The position numbers were made by a program, and so were the translations under genes. Under the pieces are notes generated by a model. The model had not been told where the DNA came from, did not search any database, and saw nothing but the letters and a program-made list of their open reading frames with translations. A stretch of DNA of 63,891 nucleotides, filler included, from Phoronis australis (lineage: Eukaryota > Animalia > Phoronida): assembly GCA_002633005.1 (NCBI GenBank). It is 8 parts of 8 records of this genome, joined end to end, with 100 filler letters (N's around TTAATTAATTAA, not from the genome) between each part and the next. Parts side by side here need not be neighbours in the genome. Positions count along the whole stretch, not along the records: positions 16,249 to 38,998 come from NMRA01000043.1; positions 39,099 to 43,977 come from NMRA01001212.1; 6 more parts are not named here. The stretch is one strand, 5' to 3'. Positions 27,061 to 40,213 of the stretch are shown here, piece by piece. Numbering within the stretch: the stretch's first letter is position 1; every line of letters starts with the position of its first letter.

Positions 27061-29381
27061 GGGGCAATTCCGTGAAAAGGTCAACCTCGAGACAAAAAAT
27101 AAAAATTGTGACTACATTAACATTTCTGGTCTAATCTGAAAGCCCATTCTCTATAGTTTCAGGATCCACATTTGACTGACCTATAACTTCCAATTTTTTG
27201 CCTAAATGGACCCATTTTGGGAGTCACTTGACCCTAAAAATTAGCTTGATTTTCATGTGTGTTGCTAATTATTGTCATAAAAAAGCTAATTATGGGTATT
27301 TCATTATACTATAAAATTTGTGCAATCACATGAACCCCAAACTTTATAAAAAATATCATTTCAACTTTGGCACGTCATCGACCTCTTGGGGTCAAAGGTC
27401 AACTCCTGGATATCATGGTGCCGTACGTCCATCACAAAAGTGTTAAAAAGTTTAGTTGTGTTAAGTTTTCAATCAAAATTAAAAATAATTTCAGATTCTC
27501 TTTTAACTTATTATTTAATACTATTGACCAAAATTTTAGATCCCAGGGATAATTCGTTGAGTCAGAAATTGTGTGACAGACGTACAGCAAATTTGTACAT
27601 CCGTCACACCCATGAAATAACAATTTTTCAGCAAATAAAAGTAACCTTAGGTCATATTTTTACTTTCTAAGCTTGCTGAAGTTAAAATGTATCACACACC
27701 TAATTAATTTAAAACAATACAATATTACAAAGACAGCTTTAAAATTATGTGAATAAGTTGCAACAGATTTAAACTAAATGCATTGGATTTTTTTAAGTTC
27801 AAAAGTATTTGCAGAAAAGTTATAGTTTGCAATGTCATCTAGTTATCTTAGTAGAATTCAACTTATTAAAATTAGACAGTTGGACCACATGATAAAATGT
27901 AAACAAAACAAAATGCTAATTTAATGAACTTATTGTTTATCTGTTGTTAACCCGCATTTGTGAAGAAATGCTCAGCTTTTGGGAAATTCAAGATGCAAAA
28001 ATCTTCATACAAAAGAATTGAAAAATATTGAAGTAGTGACAAAAGACAAATATAGCATAAATACTGCAAAAGCTTCAATCATTTTAAGTTGATATCTTAG
28101 TCACAACAAACAATTTACTACTAGAAATACAGATGGTACGTCCATCACGTCCGTCCGTCACACTAACTCAACTTATATCGAGATGTCTGACAAAAAGTTC
28201 TTGAAAGATATCATCAAAACAATTAGTGTTTTGAACTTTGAAAACCTTCTACTATATCATATAAAACAAAAAATTGTAACTTAATGCAACTCACAGAAAA
28301 TTAACGTTAAAAATTTTTCATTAAAAATTCAAGTTCTCTGCATACATCCATCAAACCCCTTTAACCCTATCGTGCTTCTATTTACAGCAAAATCACCATA
28401 TGGTGAAGACCACATTAAATTGAGAAATTCCACTTATTTTGAGTACATGTACAAAAATGACTGCGCCAATTGTCAGTGATAACAGCCACCGGTTAATGTT
28501 CTATGTTTACTCTTAAAAATGATTGATTATAAAAAATAGTATGTACATTTATATATACATGCTTCTTTTAACGATACTAGCTGAAGTTTGAAATGAGTAA
28601 CTTTTTATTGGGCATGCTGTGCAATTGCCTATTAGGCTATTTAACAGAATATGCAAGCTAATGACATTGTTTTTACAATTGCATGTAACTTTGCACCACA
28701 TTCACCAAAGCAATCAAACTGGCAGGCCTGTGTATGCTGGGAATATGCCAGCCTTGGTACAAAGCTGCACTAAATATACAGCTTTGCGCCGATGTGGGTA
28801 AAAAACTGGCCAGACAAAATCTGACACAAAACTAGTGTCATCAAAAACTAGTCTTCCTTGAGTAGGCTAAATTACTTAATGGTGTAATGGCTGCTAAAGT
28901 TGTGGAGCGACCTTTAGCGACGGCTTTCGGCGCCATGAAATATTGCGTCACCTATTGGCCAGTTTCTTTTTTCCCAGATTCTTCAATCAACTGTTCTTCC
29001 AAGAGGTAAATGTGTAGATGTCACAATAAATTATCTGAACTGGTTTCATTTAGTTATGTTTTTAGTATTTTAATATCATCAAACAGAATTTCAAAATCAA
29101 ATTTGCTTCTGTGAAGCTGTTATCATCTCCCAAGAGATGTCGCAAAATTTTAGGAAATGGCGCATGCGCGTGACACCAGCATACTGTTTTCAAAATGACA
29201 AAATAATTTTCAATGTTACAAAAGGCAAAGAATTACACAAGAAAACCGTTTATTAGATTGTTTTTCACTTAAACCGCTGTAACCACGTGTCAGTTGATTC
29301 ACATTAGAATGCACCCCGTCCGATCTTTAGCACTACATGTTGATACAAGTTTCGGGGGTGAGGTGATGAGCAGAAGTACCC
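27061..29381. mobile_element. Putative non-autonomous DNA transposon (Harbinger-like ends)
   Basis: Degenerate TIRs GGGGCAATTCCGTG..TCAACCTCGAGAC versus reverse complement GGGTACTTCTGC..TCACCCCCGAAAC, with CTG at both junctions. No coding remnant recognised. Confidence 0.4.
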
Positions 29382-30117
29382 TGGCCATGTGCAATTTCGG
29401 AGTCTATGAAAGATTAACACACAGTGGTACCTAGGCAGGTACTCATCTAGGATTAAAAATGGTAGTTCAAAGTCGTAAGGAGTCGTGCAACGCGCGACTC
29501 TGAGGCACGAAGTGCAGATGGGAGGGGTGTCTCCCCATGGTAAGAAAAAAATGAAATTTACTCAAAAAGGAGTGTTTTCCATGCATTTCAGGGCATTGTT
29601 ATCTTGTTTTTTGACAAAGTTATAACTTTGTGAATATGAAATTCTGAACATTATCTGAGAGATTCACTTGACTTATAAACTAAGTCAACTTTATAGTGGT
29701 TACAATCCAGCGAATCTGTAAATGAAGAGGACTGTAAAGAAATCTAGATTTCTGTTAATCTTTTAAAGATAATCGGTGTTACATTTTAGACATATAATTC
29801 ACATAACTCTAAACTCTTTAAAGGTCTAGAAAGGTGTGTATTACTTTATTGCAGCAAGATAATTTAAACTAATGAGAAAACATAAAAATTGTATTCAAAG
29901 ACTTGAAGTTACCCTTGACAATGAGTAGAGCACAGTTATTAAACATGTTTCAATATGCCAAACAGTGCATTTTAAGTACATAAACATGTTAAATAGTTAG
30001 TGCAACTCAAAAGTCTAGAGTCCATTATGTAAACATTTGTTGACAAGTTAAATCTAATCAACTAACTTTTTACTAAAAAATACAAAGCAGTAAAGTCTAA
30101 ATCTAAGACAGTTTTGT

Positions 30118-30620
30118 CTTTGAATGTAACAAATCCACCTCATCACAAGAAGAAATAAACACATCAAAAACATAATAACAATTTTCAAACAGTTAAATAT
30201 TAACGCCTCTTACATCAAAGACCATTTGTCTATGAATGGTCCTCTCTTGCAACAAGTTCACCACATCACAAGAGGAAATAAATCATATCAAAAACATAAC
30301 AATTTTCAAAAAGTTAAATAATACCGCCTCTTACACCAAAGACCGTTTGTCTATGAATGGTCCTCTTTTGCAACAAGTTCTCTACATCACAAGAGGAAAT
30401 AATCATATCAAAAACATAACAACAATTTTCAAGAAGTTCAATATTACTGCCTCTTAAATCAAAGACTGTTCGTCTATGAATGGTCCTCTCTTACAACAAG
30501 TTCACCTCATCACATGAGGAAATGAACACATCAAAAACAACAATTATCAAAAAAACTTAAATAAAACCGCCAATTCCATCACAGACTGTCTTTGAAAGAT
30601 CTTCCCTTGTAACAAGACAC
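30118..30620. repeat. ~122-bp tandem repeat (~4 copies) downstream of the transposase stop
   Basis: tctatgaatggtcctct recurs at ~30229, 30350 and 30472, with degenerate flanking copies. Confidence 0.8.
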
Positions 30621-30685
30621 AAAAGGAAACATGAAAGTATTGCCAGCTTAACAGAATAGTATACAACCACTCCCATCACTACACA

Positions 30686-33600
30686 TCAGAGTCGACGAGG
30701 TCGCTGTTGCAAGTAATGCACAGCAGTAACTCGCATGTCAAACTCTTCGACTGGGACCCGATTGTATACTATTCGAATAAGCTGGTCCAAATGTTCAATG
30801 CTCAGGTTGCAACTAAGATTTGTCTTCAGGCAGTTCTGAACACTGAACACTCTCTCTGCTTCTGCATTTCCAACCGTGATGCATAGGGCGTGGCATGCCA
30901 ACTTGAACATTTCTGAAAATACAAAAAGACATCAATACAGGGTTGAGGAACTTGCGAGGAGGTGCCATTAGGTTATAATTCACAATATTACTGTTATTAC
31001 ATTTTATACTTACCTGGAAAAAGGTCCCTGTTGTCTGAATTCTGATCACAGAACATCTCAGAAAAGACTTCCGTTGGTCTGATATTGCAATTGACTCTAT
31101 GCCGTATTTTCTTGAAAGTAAGGAACTCCCCACGACATAGCTGAAAAGGATGAATGAAATATTTACTATTAGCTCATTATAAGTTCACCAGTATTGTCAA
31201 GAGATTATGGAGCACATTTCTTAATCAACCTGCATGCACAAACCTACATCAGGGTCCACCATAGGGGGATGTCCGTCCTTTGGAACACCGTAGTGTCCCA
31301 AAATAACATCAAAGTAGTTTGTCCCCCAGCAGTTGTCAAGGGCTTGAGGGTAGGCTCTTCGATCAAATATCTGTAAAAGAGGTTTTATCTTATTCATGTC
31401 CATGTCAAGTTTAAATCAAAATTCATCAAATTTTTGTTGATGAGCATCATTACCTGCATGGCATCCAACAAGTTTACGTCAGGAAATCTGTTGTTATTTT
31501 CCACAACGGCAGCCAACAGAACACCCCTCAGGTGCTCAAACGATTGTTGCTGCAAGACTGCATCACCTCTCAGGGTATGGTTACTGATAACGGTGCCCTT
31601 GAAGACACCGTTTCCTGCAGTCAGTTGCGCTTTAAAATCTGTCAAGTTAGGCACATCATTAAAAGCCATGTCCTCCAACGTATCATGGCAAGCTTGGACC
31701 TGAAATGAAACAAGCAAAGTAAGTACTTACCATATCCACATCATACTGCATAACATTTTTTAAATTTTAAAACCAAGCCAATGTGTCATGGAATAGCAAC
31801 ATTTGATGCACGTGTGATATCTCAAATTTTATACAAGATATGAATACATCACAAAACTTCAACGTACAGCGCTTTTAAGTGTTCCAAAGCAAACATCTCT
31901 AAACTGCAGGCTTCTGGATCCTTGTTATTTGCTTCACGGCTGAACAAAACGAGAAGAGGCTCCATGTTTCTTATTACGGCTACAAGGCTATCACTCATAG
32001 ACAACCATCAGATCTCAAACAATCTTTTGAATTTCACACTTTCACAGTTTAAAATGTTAGCAATGCCCTTGAACTGTTGTAGGTGGACCTCTGACCACTG
32101 GACAAAAGAGTAAATCAATCCAAGTGTCCGCTCCAGTGCCTGGAAAATTTCAATTTAAATGCTGTCATTTTGTTTTTTTAAAATGTAGTGAAATTTAAAA
32201 ATCAAATAACATGCATTAATCTTTGCAATCGAACACAAAAAGTAAAAACTGCTTTACTCACATTCATGTCTCAGTTGTACCTGCATGCTTGACATACTGC
32301 CAGATGCAGCATGTGACATGCACAATGGACACACACACAGAGAAAAGGCTGATCAGTGCAAAGCTTGGATGCCACACCATTATTGCAACCAACCATTACA
32401 CTTGCTCCATCTGAGCCAAAAGCTGTCACCTTCCTTATTGGCACCTCATAGTCTTACAAAACACTTAGAAATGTTTCATAAATGGCATCAGCAATCCCAT
32501 GTGCAATGGGTTTCATTTTTAAGAAGGTGGTTTCCACACCTTGATGTGAAATGTACCTAAAATGAAAAATGACAAATAAAATAAGCCTCCTAACTTCATT
32601 TGTCTTGTTATTGCCTATCATTTCACCATCTGACTATACTTGATGAAACTTTTGTGTTGCAAATTTGAGCACCTGAAAATAAAAATGCGTGTTTTTCCGA
32701 AGAACGATCTGTTGAATCATCAACAGCAACACCAACACATGGTGAATGTTACAAAAGGTTCTTGAGCTTTTCTTCCAAGATGTGCACAATACTATTAACC
32801 ATCTGTAATGATTTATATGGCAATTGTTTGAAACGAAATTAAGTAAGGGTTACTTACCTCGGCATGTGTTTCTGTACTATCATGACTGGCATTTTCCCTC
32901 TGTTCAGATCTTTTAGCACCTTTATTTCATGCCTCTGCCCAAATGCTATGATTGGCCTAAATTTGTTATTGGGCATTTGCTCAACTGCCAACAGATAAGC
33001 AACTTCCATCCCTATAAAATTGTAAAAGGTCACCTGATGAACATGAACACAACTCCACCAAGGTGTTATATGTCTTCCACTTTTTGTTTGCTTAACAACA
33101 ATTCAATGATTTTTAGTGCTAACCTGCAACAACAGCATTCAACATCTGTTCATTATACTTCTTTACAGCATCTGGGCCAGTGTGAGCTTCTATGGATTTC
33201 TGTTTTGGATCAGCTGCATCACAAGATACCCTATGGTCCTTTGAAGCTTCATGACTGAGTAGAGTTTTCCATCTGAAATATTTAGCAATCACAGACTGAG
33301 TGTATAAAAGTATCACTGATTCACTGTTTGTAGTCATTTTTTTCAGTCAGGAGATGGATGATGAGAAATGCCAAGCTGGTTAAAATGATTTTGCTATTGT
33401 GAGTTTTTACAAGCAAGTTCAAGTCATAATTTTTACCATATTTCAGATTTTATCACTGTTCACTTTTTCAGATGCTAGAAAAGTCTAGGCGACCAAGACA
33501 CTGTTATTAAAAATGCTTCCTAAAATTGAAATATCACAAGCATTGTGGTGCAAATTGTGAGATTTAATTCACGTTTTTAGGGACCCTTTAAAATACCTGA

Positions 33601-35286
33601 AATTTGTTGTTCTCTTGGCAAGCGCATTATTTCTGGACTGTGACCGACACAAATCACAGTACATGTGGAGCACAGCAAGTGCTTTGATGAACCTAAGCCA
33701 CTTGAAATCTTTCAGCCACCCAACACTGAACGATTTTACTCCTCTTGCTCTGCTCTGGATAGTCTACGGAACAGTACCTGCTAATGGGAGAAAATATACT
33801 TTGAACACTTATACAGTAACAGTTTCTGAAAACCAAAGTTGTTGTTACACTTCAATAAAACTTTACAAAAAAAATTCAAGTGAGCTAACTTTTACTAAGT
33901 TTTACAGATATTAATAAGCTAACATTTCAGAGTGCATTTGGCATTTTGAAAAAGTAGTTCACTGCAATCATTGTAACATACTTGTATGTGATGAAGGTAA
34001 CATAAGACATAAATGTGTGAGCAGATTCATATGAAACTAGTACTATGCTTTATGCACTGCTTTACAAAACCCTGGGCTGTTGACCAGCATGAAGGGTTAT
34101 CAAAATAGGACACATATGATCTTTATGGAAATAAGTAAAACTTGCACAAATTGAAAACAAAACAATAATTTAGTTGTCGCCTTTTTGAGGCTTTGTCATG
34201 AACGTTTTTATCATATGAAATTAGGCAATGCTATTGATCCTCTTGCTTTGGTATGAAAGTGTCATTCTTTTTCATTAAAACACATGGTCAAGTGACCTAA
34301 TCGATGGCACTAGAGCCCAAAGATCAAATTCTACGGAATTCCAATTCTCACAAAAATATATACTTTTGCCGAGTTAAATTCTATGGTTTTGTAGACATTT
34401 TGATGATGAGGTCATACGCATAATATAAAATAGTTACAACTTACTATCTGCAGTTTCGGAGTCGATTTGATCATCACCACTGCTATCAAGTATATCAAGG
34501 GGTGCGCACAGACCGGATACACTTGGATTTGCTGGATTAGGTTCGTCACTTTCTCCTTCTCCAACATGAAAAAAATATTTTCAAGGCATACCTGTACTAA
34601 TAGGGCGTATTTCAAAGTGGCAGATACATACACTACAGAATAGGCAGTTTCTTCTTGGTAATCCCCAGACATAACGCAATTATTGGGCAGGGGTTGCCCG
34701 TCATCCCCGGCTTAAGCCAGGGCCAGGTATGCCATCCTTATAATCTTGGCAATTCCCAGACAAAAGAAAATTGAAAAAACTTGGGCAGGGGTTTTCCCCA
34801 ACCCCCCGGGTTACGACGAGGGCCGGGTACACCAGCCTTATTGCATATATTATATTGATCAGGAGTTGCCGAGTTGGAGCTATTAAGCTAGGGTCCGTAA
34901 CCCGGGTAGCATTCATGGGCATACAACCCGAGTAGAGTTCAGTGACCATCTTGCGGCGAGAAAATCTGGCCAAAATTACATACTTTCATTTAAAATACAC
35001 GGTAATATCTCGCGTAATTTTGCGATGTCTTGTTTTTCTAGTGAGGTCCTAGCGTTATTGAACTCTACACTGGTCATGCCCACGGCCATCACTCCTGGCA
35101 CTTCAGCCAACCCCGAACCAAGTATGAGATCATCGCACATTATTTACTACAATATCAGGGTGTTTTAAGACTACACATATCCCCAATAAATTCATAACTT
35201 ACCTTAAAAAGTGTTTCTTGCTCCAGTCTGGCTCTGCGCTTCATGCCGAAGGCAGTCAGCACATGGTCCAGCACCCGAGGCGACAT
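30686..35286 (-). pseudogene. Intron-rich ZNF862-like hAT transposase pseudogene
   Basis: Exon-like blocks with GT-AG edges: MKRRARLEQETLFK (ends 35203); TTF-type zinc finger FSVGWLKDFKWL..MYCDLC (33597-33777) and HEASKDH (33124-33272); VAVDDSTD (~32720); VHCACHMLHLA (~32310); I*WLS (~32005); hATC dimerisation VGNAEAERVFS..LDQLIRI (30686-30912). Several in-frame stops and frameshifts. Confidence 0.88.
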
Positions 35287-35369
35287 TTCCTGCCGAGTTT
35301 GGTTGATCGTCGTAAAAACGAAGGAATGTGGCGTCGGGAATTAGAGAATTACTTACTAGGTGTAATATA

Positions 35370-35862
35370 CAGGGCTTGGAATGACCAATGACAAAAAACG
35401 CGGAAACTTTTACGGCCCAAAACATGCCCGATAACCAGCCTTTGAAATGGTCAATGTGAACCTTACCGCGACAAAAATCGGGAGGACTAGAAAAAAAACG
35501 TTACCACCATCAGTAGCATGCGTCTGCGTCCTTTTCGCTCGACCGTCCACTCCCAACCCACACAAATTTGGCTGCAGAGCGGTAGTATTTGTCGCCGCGC
35601 TTAACAATAACACGAGCCGCCATTGAAAATCAGACCACGCTTTACCCAGATGCCCCGGCAATGTTGACAATTTACGTTCCTCCGAAACATAAAGACTTCC
35701 GCTTTCCGAGGTGAACGTCGTCTGCAACGCCGCGGTAAGAAAGGAATTTGCCGCGGAAATTTCATATCAAATCCGATTTTTTTTCACGGAAATATAAAAA
35801 AAGCGGAAAGCACATTTCAAAAAAGCGGAAATCCGCGTTTCCGCGGAAAATTCCAAGCCCTG
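35370..35862. mobile_element. MITE nested in the hAT element, 13-bp TIR, 6-bp TSD
   Basis: Perfect TIR CAGGGCTTGGAAT...ATTCCAAGCCCTG; AATATA on both sides (35364-35369, 35863-35868). Confidence 0.85.
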
Positions 35863-36305
35863 AATATAAAACTATATTTAAGCAATTTCTTTCCACTACT
35901 TTGTCGTTTCTTTGAACTTTTAAACGCAGAAGTTTGGACGCACTTCTCAACACTCGCCATGTGATTCAGGGGATTCCCTATGAGGTCACACTGACGTCAC
36001 ACGACAGGGAGGTATTCCCCAAAAAAACATGGCTGCCTGTCTAAGCGATCGTTGGTGTGATTGTTATGCTCAAAATAGACGGCAATGGTCTGTAATGTGG
36101 AGTTATGCATGTCTTGAATATATGTCTTCTTAAAACAAAATTCATTAATCTGAAATGCTTAAGTTCTTTGTTTGGCCGTAATTTTCGCTTAGGTTGTCTT
36201 GAAACAGGCCGTCTTTTTTTCTCTTGGCCTTGCCATCCCAATGACAGCCAGCACGGCCGCTAGATGAGTCCCTGCTACCTAGGTGTATTGGGTGCCGTAT
36301 TGGCA

Positions 36306-37538
36306 CTAGTCGGATATTATGGACCCTAACTTATTTCAAATAAATCCACTAAATGTGGGTCTAAATGAATGATTTTGATATCGTTGCATTCCTCAGACAT
36401 CTGGCTATCCGTACATATCCAGGTAATTGTTTACAATATGACGACATTGACTTATACACATGATTTTGGTATCGTTCGATTCCTTGTGACTTTATCTTTT
36501 CAAAAATGCACAGAATATTTTCCTACCCCGTTCCCTTTATATTTTATCGTGAAATTTCTGCTCGCACTATTTCCAGGTACACGTAGTGATACCGCCATGT
36601 TGAATGGAAGGAGTCACCTGAACTAATCTACCGACTTCTGCAGATCGACGCTTATCATAAGGTCAAATTGACTGAGACCCGTCTATCCCTCGCCAGAGTT
36701 GCGGTCCCAAGGGTTCGAATTTGACGCTGGTACGCATTTACTAGCACGAATGCGCGAAAAAAGCGAGAGGTCCATATTGGTGAAAATGGTATCATTTCAG
36801 ACAATTTCGTGGAAAAATGGTTAACTGGTCACAATTATAAAAAATTGGAACAGGTGAAATGCTGCTACTTTTCCTCGATATTATGTCAGGAAAACTTTAG
36901 CGAGAATATCACACGGGTAAACACCATTCGACTCGATGATGCTGTTTCATTCATTAACAACAGGTGTCGCTGTAATCTCGAGTTGCGCTAACATGGTGGT
37001 GTCAACCGGAAAATAGTGCGAACCGAAATTCGACGATAAAATGCGGAGGAAACGCGGTAGGGGATGCATTCACATTGTAATGGCTTGTGGAGAGAGGAGT
37101 GAAGAAGACGTCTTTACTAGAACACTACTTTATTGCGGACTGACTAACTACTGTAAAACAACATGTTTTTGCAATACACAAGACCACATGCATATGACTC
37201 ACATTTCATAGAACTGTTTGGCAAGACTTATATAATAAACCATTCTAACTAATTGTGCCATATAAGGTAAGTGTAGTTCCAGTACAAATCACAATACTAT
37301 TACAGTAACACACATATTTTTGGAAAGATAATGTTGCGAGGAATCGAAAGATACTAAAATCATGTGTGTAGGTCAATGTCATATTGTAAACAATTACCCA
37401 TATCCACCTTACAACCCTCGATTACTCCGTTCTATAACTACGCTATTCCGAACTCGGTCCACTTTAGCCACATGCATTGTCAAATCGGCAGCCATTTATT
37501 TGGAATAAGTAGGCCTAGGGTCCATTATATCTCACTTG
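36306..37538. mobile_element. Non-autonomous TIR DNA transposon
   Basis: About 40-bp imperfect TIRs: CTAGTCGGATATTATGGACCCTA..ACTTATTTCAAATAAAT versus reverse complement CAAGTGAGATATAATGGACCCTA..ACTTATTCCAAATAAAT. No clean TSD. Confidence 0.65.
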
Positions 37539-37868
37539 TTGACGATAGTCTTCATACAGCTAGCTGGCTGGCTAGGAATACGCTAGACTTAAAAACACAG
37601 AGAACAAGAACTACTAGACTTTGGATATATCCGACAACGATAGACACCTGACCAGACTGTGATACTTACGCAATAGATTGATATGATGAATTAATTCTGT
37701 TCACTTGTCACTTGTGACTTGTTGTTTACCGATACAAAAAATCAGCTGTTTTCGCAGCACAATAAGCGTAATTTTTATAATCTAAACACAACCACATAAA
37801 CATGTCATTCAGTGCATACTGAAATGCTTAAAAACAGAAAGAAACGATGAAAAGAATACCACACTTAC

Positions 37869-37970
37869 GTTCAGAGGTAGCCAAGCTTCGACAGTTACCA
37901 GGTCCGTCTGCTCTTCTTCGTGCTAGTTCACCGGGCAAATCGCATGACCGAGTTTCGGTCGTCCGATTGT
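37869..37970 (-). other. SC5D: Candidate non-coding first exon of SC5D
   Basis: Coding exon 1 has a splice acceptor just before the ATG, so an upstream exon is needed. A strong AAC|gtaagt donor lies at 37868 in CpG-containing unique sequence just beyond the transposon stack. The 5' boundary is approximate. Confidence 0.4.
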
Positions 37971-38194
37971 GTGAGTGTTTATAAAATATTAAGCCCAAAT
38001 GTTGATGTTTTTTTTTATTTTCTTCATAGTTAAACTCAGTGCAACAAAATAAAAATTTAAATGGATAATATATATTCATATTTGCGAAAAAATTTATTTC
38101 AATCTTTAATTACTAAAAAACCTTGCGAATGTTCCACTACTAAAGTTATTCAATTTGGACCGATCCGCGCTTGCGCATTGAGAGCTCTTCCAAA

Positions 38195-38252
38195 ATGGCT
38201 GCACAGAAGCTCACTGCGGTGGTTACAAGACTGGTGACTAAAACCCCAGGCA
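38195..38252 (+). CDS. Candidate first coding exon of a divergent gene (weak resemblance to ATP synthase subunit g N-terminus)
   Basis: GCGCTTGCGC (NRF1-like) and CAAAATGGCT (YY1-like, overlapping the ATG), then MAAQKLTAVVTRLVTKTPG and an A|gtaagt donor. No downstream exons were found. Confidence 0.3.
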
Positions 38253-38559
38253 GTAAGTGTGATGACACTGTTACCAACATTTATGCTGTGCGGTTGCTGA
38301 CGCCATGAAGGTTCTTCAAAGTCGTCTACCTTGTAACCCTTGAGGAAAGCTACATTATCACTCTGTTTCTTGTGTTTTTCGACAATCCGTCCATTCTTCA
38401 CTCTCAGTAGGGTGAGCAAACCAAAATTTCAAGTTTAACAAAATTACATGAAGAGGAATTCAAATGAAAGCCCTCATTGAGTATAATTTGCTGCTTTTTG
38501 AATTTTTAGAAACGGTTGAGGGGTTTTGATACTACACATAGTGTTGTCGTAATAGCCGA

Positions 38560-38632
38560 GATTGCCCGACCTCGGGAATCGAACCAGCGACCCCGATTTA
38601 ATCGGCGAGCGTGCTAACCATTCAGCTAATAG
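38560..38632 (-). repeat. tRNA-derived (pseudo-tRNA) cassette
   Basis: A box TAGCTGAATGG and B box GGTTCGATTCC, with a poor acceptor stem. Similar decayed cassettes at ~8212-8280 (+) and ~20320-20380 (-). Confidence 0.6.
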
Positions 38633-40213
38633 GCAATTGCCCGTTAGCGAGTGGCTAACAGAGGCTCATATGTGATTCACCGGAAGCACTTTCACAACAG
38701 TGTACCTAATTATCGGACGGAACCTAAATATCGGACATTTCATAGAATCTTACTTGAAGCATAATCTGAGAATTAAATGACACCAATTTTTGTTCCGTTG
38801 TAATGCATTCAATGTCCGGCATCGTCTCGTTTTTTTACAGCGTTGCCTCGTTTTGATTTCACCGAGAGAGGGTGCAATTTAGACCCCCAAGTCGGCCTAA
38901 AATGGACGATCGCATAAATCGGTTATATAAGTTGAAAATAAAATCTTTTTCCACAATGAAACCATCTCATTGAACTGACAATATGTCACTGTTCCATTNN
39001 NNNNNNNNNNNNNNNNNNNNNNNNNNNNNNNNNNNNNNNNNNTTAATTAATTAANNNNNNNNNNNNNNNNNNNNNNNNNNNNNNNNNNNNNNNNNNNNGC
39101 CTCCACTGGGGGCGCCAGTATGCTTGTGACGTCAGTGGACAAAAGGGGAATTGGCCAACATTCACCATTCTGCATGTGAGTGTGTGTTGCAGCGAAAGTT
39201 GACCCGTACGTTTTCATTGGCTTAGATCCAGACCCCGCTTTTTTATCCTGAAGTCCCGCTTTTTAATTCAGTAGTTCCTTTTTTAATTCTTGAATGCTAA
39301 CCGTGACATCTAGGAGTTAAAAAATAGCAATTGTCTATGTTTCTGAATGTTGATATTTTGGATATTCCAGTTTTTAGCAACACAACAATCGCAAAAACGT
39401 GTTACATTGTCTCTTTCATACGGTTACATGCAATATACGTATCGGGATCACTAGCTTTTACTTTCTGAAGACAGTTGTTTATTTCGAAACTTATATGGAA
39501 AGTCTTAAACTGCAACGGTTGAACTGTGATGATCTATCCGGGGTGCATTTCAACGCCACCAGATAGATGTTTGTCAATTTTTATAACTATCAGAAAACCT
39601 TGATCTGCAATTTTCTGATGGATATTTGGAGTAGTTTATCGCATTTTATGTAAATGTAAATGTAACTTTATTCTGAATTTTACTGACGAATGTTATTGTA
39701 TCGAACAGCACCAGTTTAATTTTGGATGAATGCCTGAATATTCCACAGTAATTGTGAAGGATTCATATTCTAAAACCTTTGTCTTTAGAAATCTTTTGAA
39801 TTGTTAGAATTATTTACCTAATGGCTTAACTCGTCATTTATATTATCTCTCTGGTTCATTTGCTTTTTATGTTTCTGTTATACGCTGTTATTTTTCGCGT
39901 TTTGGTTACACTCTTTGCGAAATGATAATTACTGATGAATCAAATTATTTATCTTTGTATTTTGGTATGATCATCAGGGCCTTATAATGATACATTGTAT
40001 GGCTTTTATGCAATTCGATTGAAAAACGGTGGAGTTGCGAAAAGTTGTAATGACAGTAAATTCTATATCAACTACGCACACCGGAACAAACGAATACGAA
40101 ACACATATCACGCATGCGCGGTACAGCCTCAGCGGCTTCGAGATCGAAGTTGGCATTCCAGGGTTAGAAGTCTTCATGTGCGTAGCTACTAAATCACACT
40201 TCCTTTTCCACAG

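Larger units (their letters stand above)
29436..36274 (-). mobile_element. Full-length hAT-superfamily DNA transposon (~6.8 kb), non-functional
   Basis: 15-bp TIRs CAGGTACTCATCTAG / CTAGATGAGTCCCTG (1 mismatch). Direct repeat TACCTAGG at 29428-29435 and 36276-36283 (one extra C at the right junction). Encloses a transposase pseudogene. Confidence 0.88.

Noticed and set aside
38560-38632. Functional tRNA gene
   Set aside because: A and B boxes are present but the acceptor and anticodon stems are not convincing; treated as a tRNA-derived repeat.
39978-40200. F-type lectin-like exon (VELRKVVMTVNSI...LSGFEIEVG)
   Set aside because: Only a faint resemblance, with an in-frame stop upstream and no usable splice sites.
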